NCBI GenBank assembly: GCA_022615255.1
Contig: JAKEHC010000037.1
Coordinates: 1-34,113, forward strand
Origin: Candidatus Dadabacteria bacterium
GTDB lineage: Bacteria; Desulfobacterota_D; UBA1144; Nemesobacterales; CSP1-2
DNA: 34,113 nucleotides
Direction: 5' to 3'
Part shown: piece by piece, positions 32,447-34,113 of the stretch
Layout: every line of letters begins with the position of its first letter
Position numbering within the stretch: position 1 is the first letter of the stretch
Notes under the pieces: model-generated
Told to the model about the DNA's origin: nothing
The model's database searches: none
Seen by the model: the letters and a program-made list of their open reading frames with translations, nothing else
Program-made: the position numbers and the translations under genes

Positions 32447-32474
32447 GTAGAGACATGCCATGGCATGTCTCTAC
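32447..32474. repeat. REP-like 28-nt perfect palindrome, GTAGAGAC subfamily (GTAGAGACATGCCATGGCATGTCTCTAC)
   Basis: Perfect palindrome in a convergent gap. Confidence 0.9.
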
Positions 32475-32550
32475 ACTTTGGAGGGAGTGCCCGTTTGTCA
32501 GATTTAAATTGGCGGGGCACTACAAGGATACCTCCACGCTAACTACCACT

Positions 32551-33564
32551 CTAGTCACCCGGTGCTAGCCCCATGATTGTTTCCCTTACCATATCACGGG
32601 ATAATTTAGGTGGGAAAATGATTATCGGTAAGTCCGCTCCAGCTTTAATATATTCTTTGAGTTTCTTCTTTCCCGTGTCTTTAGTCCCAACTACCGCAAT
32701 CGAATCCAGCAGGGCATCGCTTACGCCTTGAATTGCCTGATTTTTATTTCCTTTCTTACACGCTTCTACAATACGCTCCGCTTCATCTTTAAACCCATAT
32801 CGGCTTATCATTTGATAATAATATGTCCCCATTCCACCTATATAATATGCAATGTAATCTTTAACCATGCGTTTTGATAAATCATTCTCCTTGTAAACAC
32901 ATGCAGGGATATACGGGCATACCATGAGATTATCTGGGTCTCTTTCCTTAGCACTTGCACTAGCGATAAGCTCCCTTATCCCGTCTTTAAGAAACCCAAG
33001 CGTGGTTAAGAAAGGAATCCATCCATCCGCAATCTCTCCGGTAAGCCGAATGTTTTTGGGACCGAGTGAGGCAATGTAGATAGGAATACTTTTTCTCAGA
33101 GGAGTAAACTGCAGGCGAAAATTTTTAAGTTTAAATATCTCACCATCATAATCCACCCTTTCCCCGCTTGTTATTATTCTTATAATTTCTACATATTCTC
33201 TTGTTCTCTTAAGGGGCTTCTCAAACTCCACCCCGTGCCAGTCTTTTATAACTATGGGACCGCTTGTTCCCAGCCCCAAGATCATCCTTCCCTCTGAGAT
33301 CTCATCAAGTGTCGCCATGGTCTGAGCAATTATCGCAGGCGACCTGCTGAATACAGAGACAATCCCCGTTCCGAGTTTTACCCTTTTTGTATTAAGGGCG
33401 AGGACTGTAAGAAGGGAAAAGGCATCCCTCCCCCACAACTCTGGAACCCAGATAGAATCGTATCCAAGCTCCTCTGAAAGCCTTCCAATTTCTATAAGCT
33501 CAGTTTTAGTGATATCATGCCAGTATGGAATTACAAGACCGGTTTTAGAGTCGTTGCTCATCAT
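32551..33564 (-). CDS. Luciferase-like monooxygenase (LLM) family oxidoreductase, probably F420-dependent
   Basis: 337 aa. The motifs GYDSIWVPE, LGLGTSGP and EGRMILGLG and the overall layout are typical of LLM class / Mer-like F420 enzymes. The cofactor assignment is inference. Confidence 0.75.
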   Translation of the reverse strand: MMSNDSKTGLVIPYWHDITKTELIEIGRLSEELGYDSIWVPELWGRDAFSLLTVLALNTKRVKLGTGIVSVFSRSPAIIAQTMATLDEISEGRMILGLGTSGPIVIKDWHGVEFEKPLKRTREYVEIIRIITSGERVDYDGEIFKLKNFRLQFTPLRKSIPIYIASLGPKNIRLTGEIADGWIPFLTTLGFLKDGIRELIASASAKERDPDNLMVCPYIPACVYKENDLSKRMVKDYIAYYIGGMGTYYYQMISRYGFKDEAERIVEACKKGNKNQAIQGVSDALLDSIAVVGTKDTGKKKLKEYIKAGADLPIIIFPPKLSRDMVRETIMGLAPGD

Positions 33565-33585
33565 TCATTAAGTCTAATGTACTTT

Positions 33586-34113
33586 TCATTTCTCCACCCA
33601 ACTGCCGTCGGGGAGCTGAACCCACCATCCAGACTGAGCCTCGCTTCTCGTAGCGGCGGCAAACTGCTCGCCTGCATTCGGAATAACCCTTTTAATATTT
33701 TCAGGGGTTGGGTCAATGTTATTGATTTTTACAATTGCCTTGGCCATCCCCTCGATAATCGTCTCTCTATCCTTATTTTCGGCATTCAAAGCCGCCTTCT
33801 CATTCATTGTGAGGCCACTCCTTCCGACTAAAAGCCCTTTATTTCCCACTCCTGCCTTGCCCTCTGATAGCATAGTATTAATAACGTTAAGCCTCGCACT
33901 CCTATTTCTATAAGCCTGTAATACGTTAGGCATGCTTTTAATCTCTTTTACAATCTCTCTATCAAGATCATCCTGTGCCCAAGCATACGTGCTTAGGTCA
34001 ATAGTGAATTTTCTCTTAAGAATAATCAGCCTCTTGGATTGAAGCTGCGGCTTATCGGGGTACTTCATCAGGGATTCGGGTTTGCTTGCAGGTCCTTCCT
34101 TTTTGGGGGCTTC
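33586..34113 (-). CDS. DUF1318 (YdbL-like) domain protein, possibly 5'-truncated by the window edge
   Basis: The C-terminal half (GKAGVGNKGLL..., N..R..II.GMAKA..., GWWVQLPDGSWVEK) resembles YdbL/DUF1318. The frame stays open from the ATG at 34068 to the window end, so the true start is unknown. Confidence 0.6.
   Translation of the reverse strand, partial: EAPKKEGPASKPESLMKYPDKPQLQSKRLIILKRKFTIDLSTYAWAQDDLDREIVKEIKSMPNVLQAYRNRSARLNVINTMLSEGKAGVGNKGLLVGRSGLTMNEKAALNAENKDRETIIEGMAKAIVKINNIDPTPENIKRVIPNAGEQFAAATRSEAQSGWWVQLPDGSWVEK

Noticed and set aside
753-32474. Repeated 28-nt palindromes considered as a possible CRISPR array
   Set aside because: The copies are kilobases apart and single or paired, with no regular repeat-spacer periodicity. 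No cas genes are present. They are dispersed REP-like elements.

Overview
This is a 34.1-kb chromosomal segment from a moderately AT-rich bacterium, probably uncultivated; I cannot assign a taxon from the sequence alone. About 37 CDS are supportable. All product calls come from motifs I recognise in the supplied translations, not from a database search.

Gene content:
- Housekeeping: dnaB, ruvX, grx, gltX, coaE.
- Central and acyl-CoA metabolism: glycerate kinase 3' end, GlcD-like FAD oxidase, hbd, and a three-gene biotin-dependent acyl-CoA carboxylase.
- Transport: UMF1-type MFS, DUF47-PiT, MlaE, and a family-5 solute-binding protein.
- Two small regulator-led operons on the minus strand: ArsR-methyltransferase-fatty acid hydroxylase, and MarR-small membrane protein-methyltransferase.
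- No rRNA, tRNA, CRISPR array, integrase or transposase was found.

Two things stand out:
1. A visibly AT-rich ~2.2-kb islet (about 13.05-15.30 kb) sits between ruvX and a DUF924 gene.
   - It carries an orphan 411-aa protein. Its C-terminal half has a canonical PD-(D/E)xK-type nuclease signature (D301 ... E317-C-K319), and its ~230-aa N-terminal half is unrecognisable to me.
   - Next to it are a 40-codon remnant of a SnoaL/NTF2-like gene and a vapBC (DUF2191-like antitoxin plus PIN toxin) module.
   - This is my best candidate for an undescribed single-gene defence or abortive-infection system.
2. Almost every intergenic gap holds a small structured repeat, from at least four families:
   - 28-nt GTAG...CTAC palindromes, whose differences between copies are compensatory.
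   - Arrays with 7-nt periodicity arranged as inverted arms.
   - ~75-80-nt elements with TTAGCCACAGAG terminal inverted repeats.
   - CCTTCGAC...CTCAGGGCT elements.

Several clear promoter/operator architectures are also readable.
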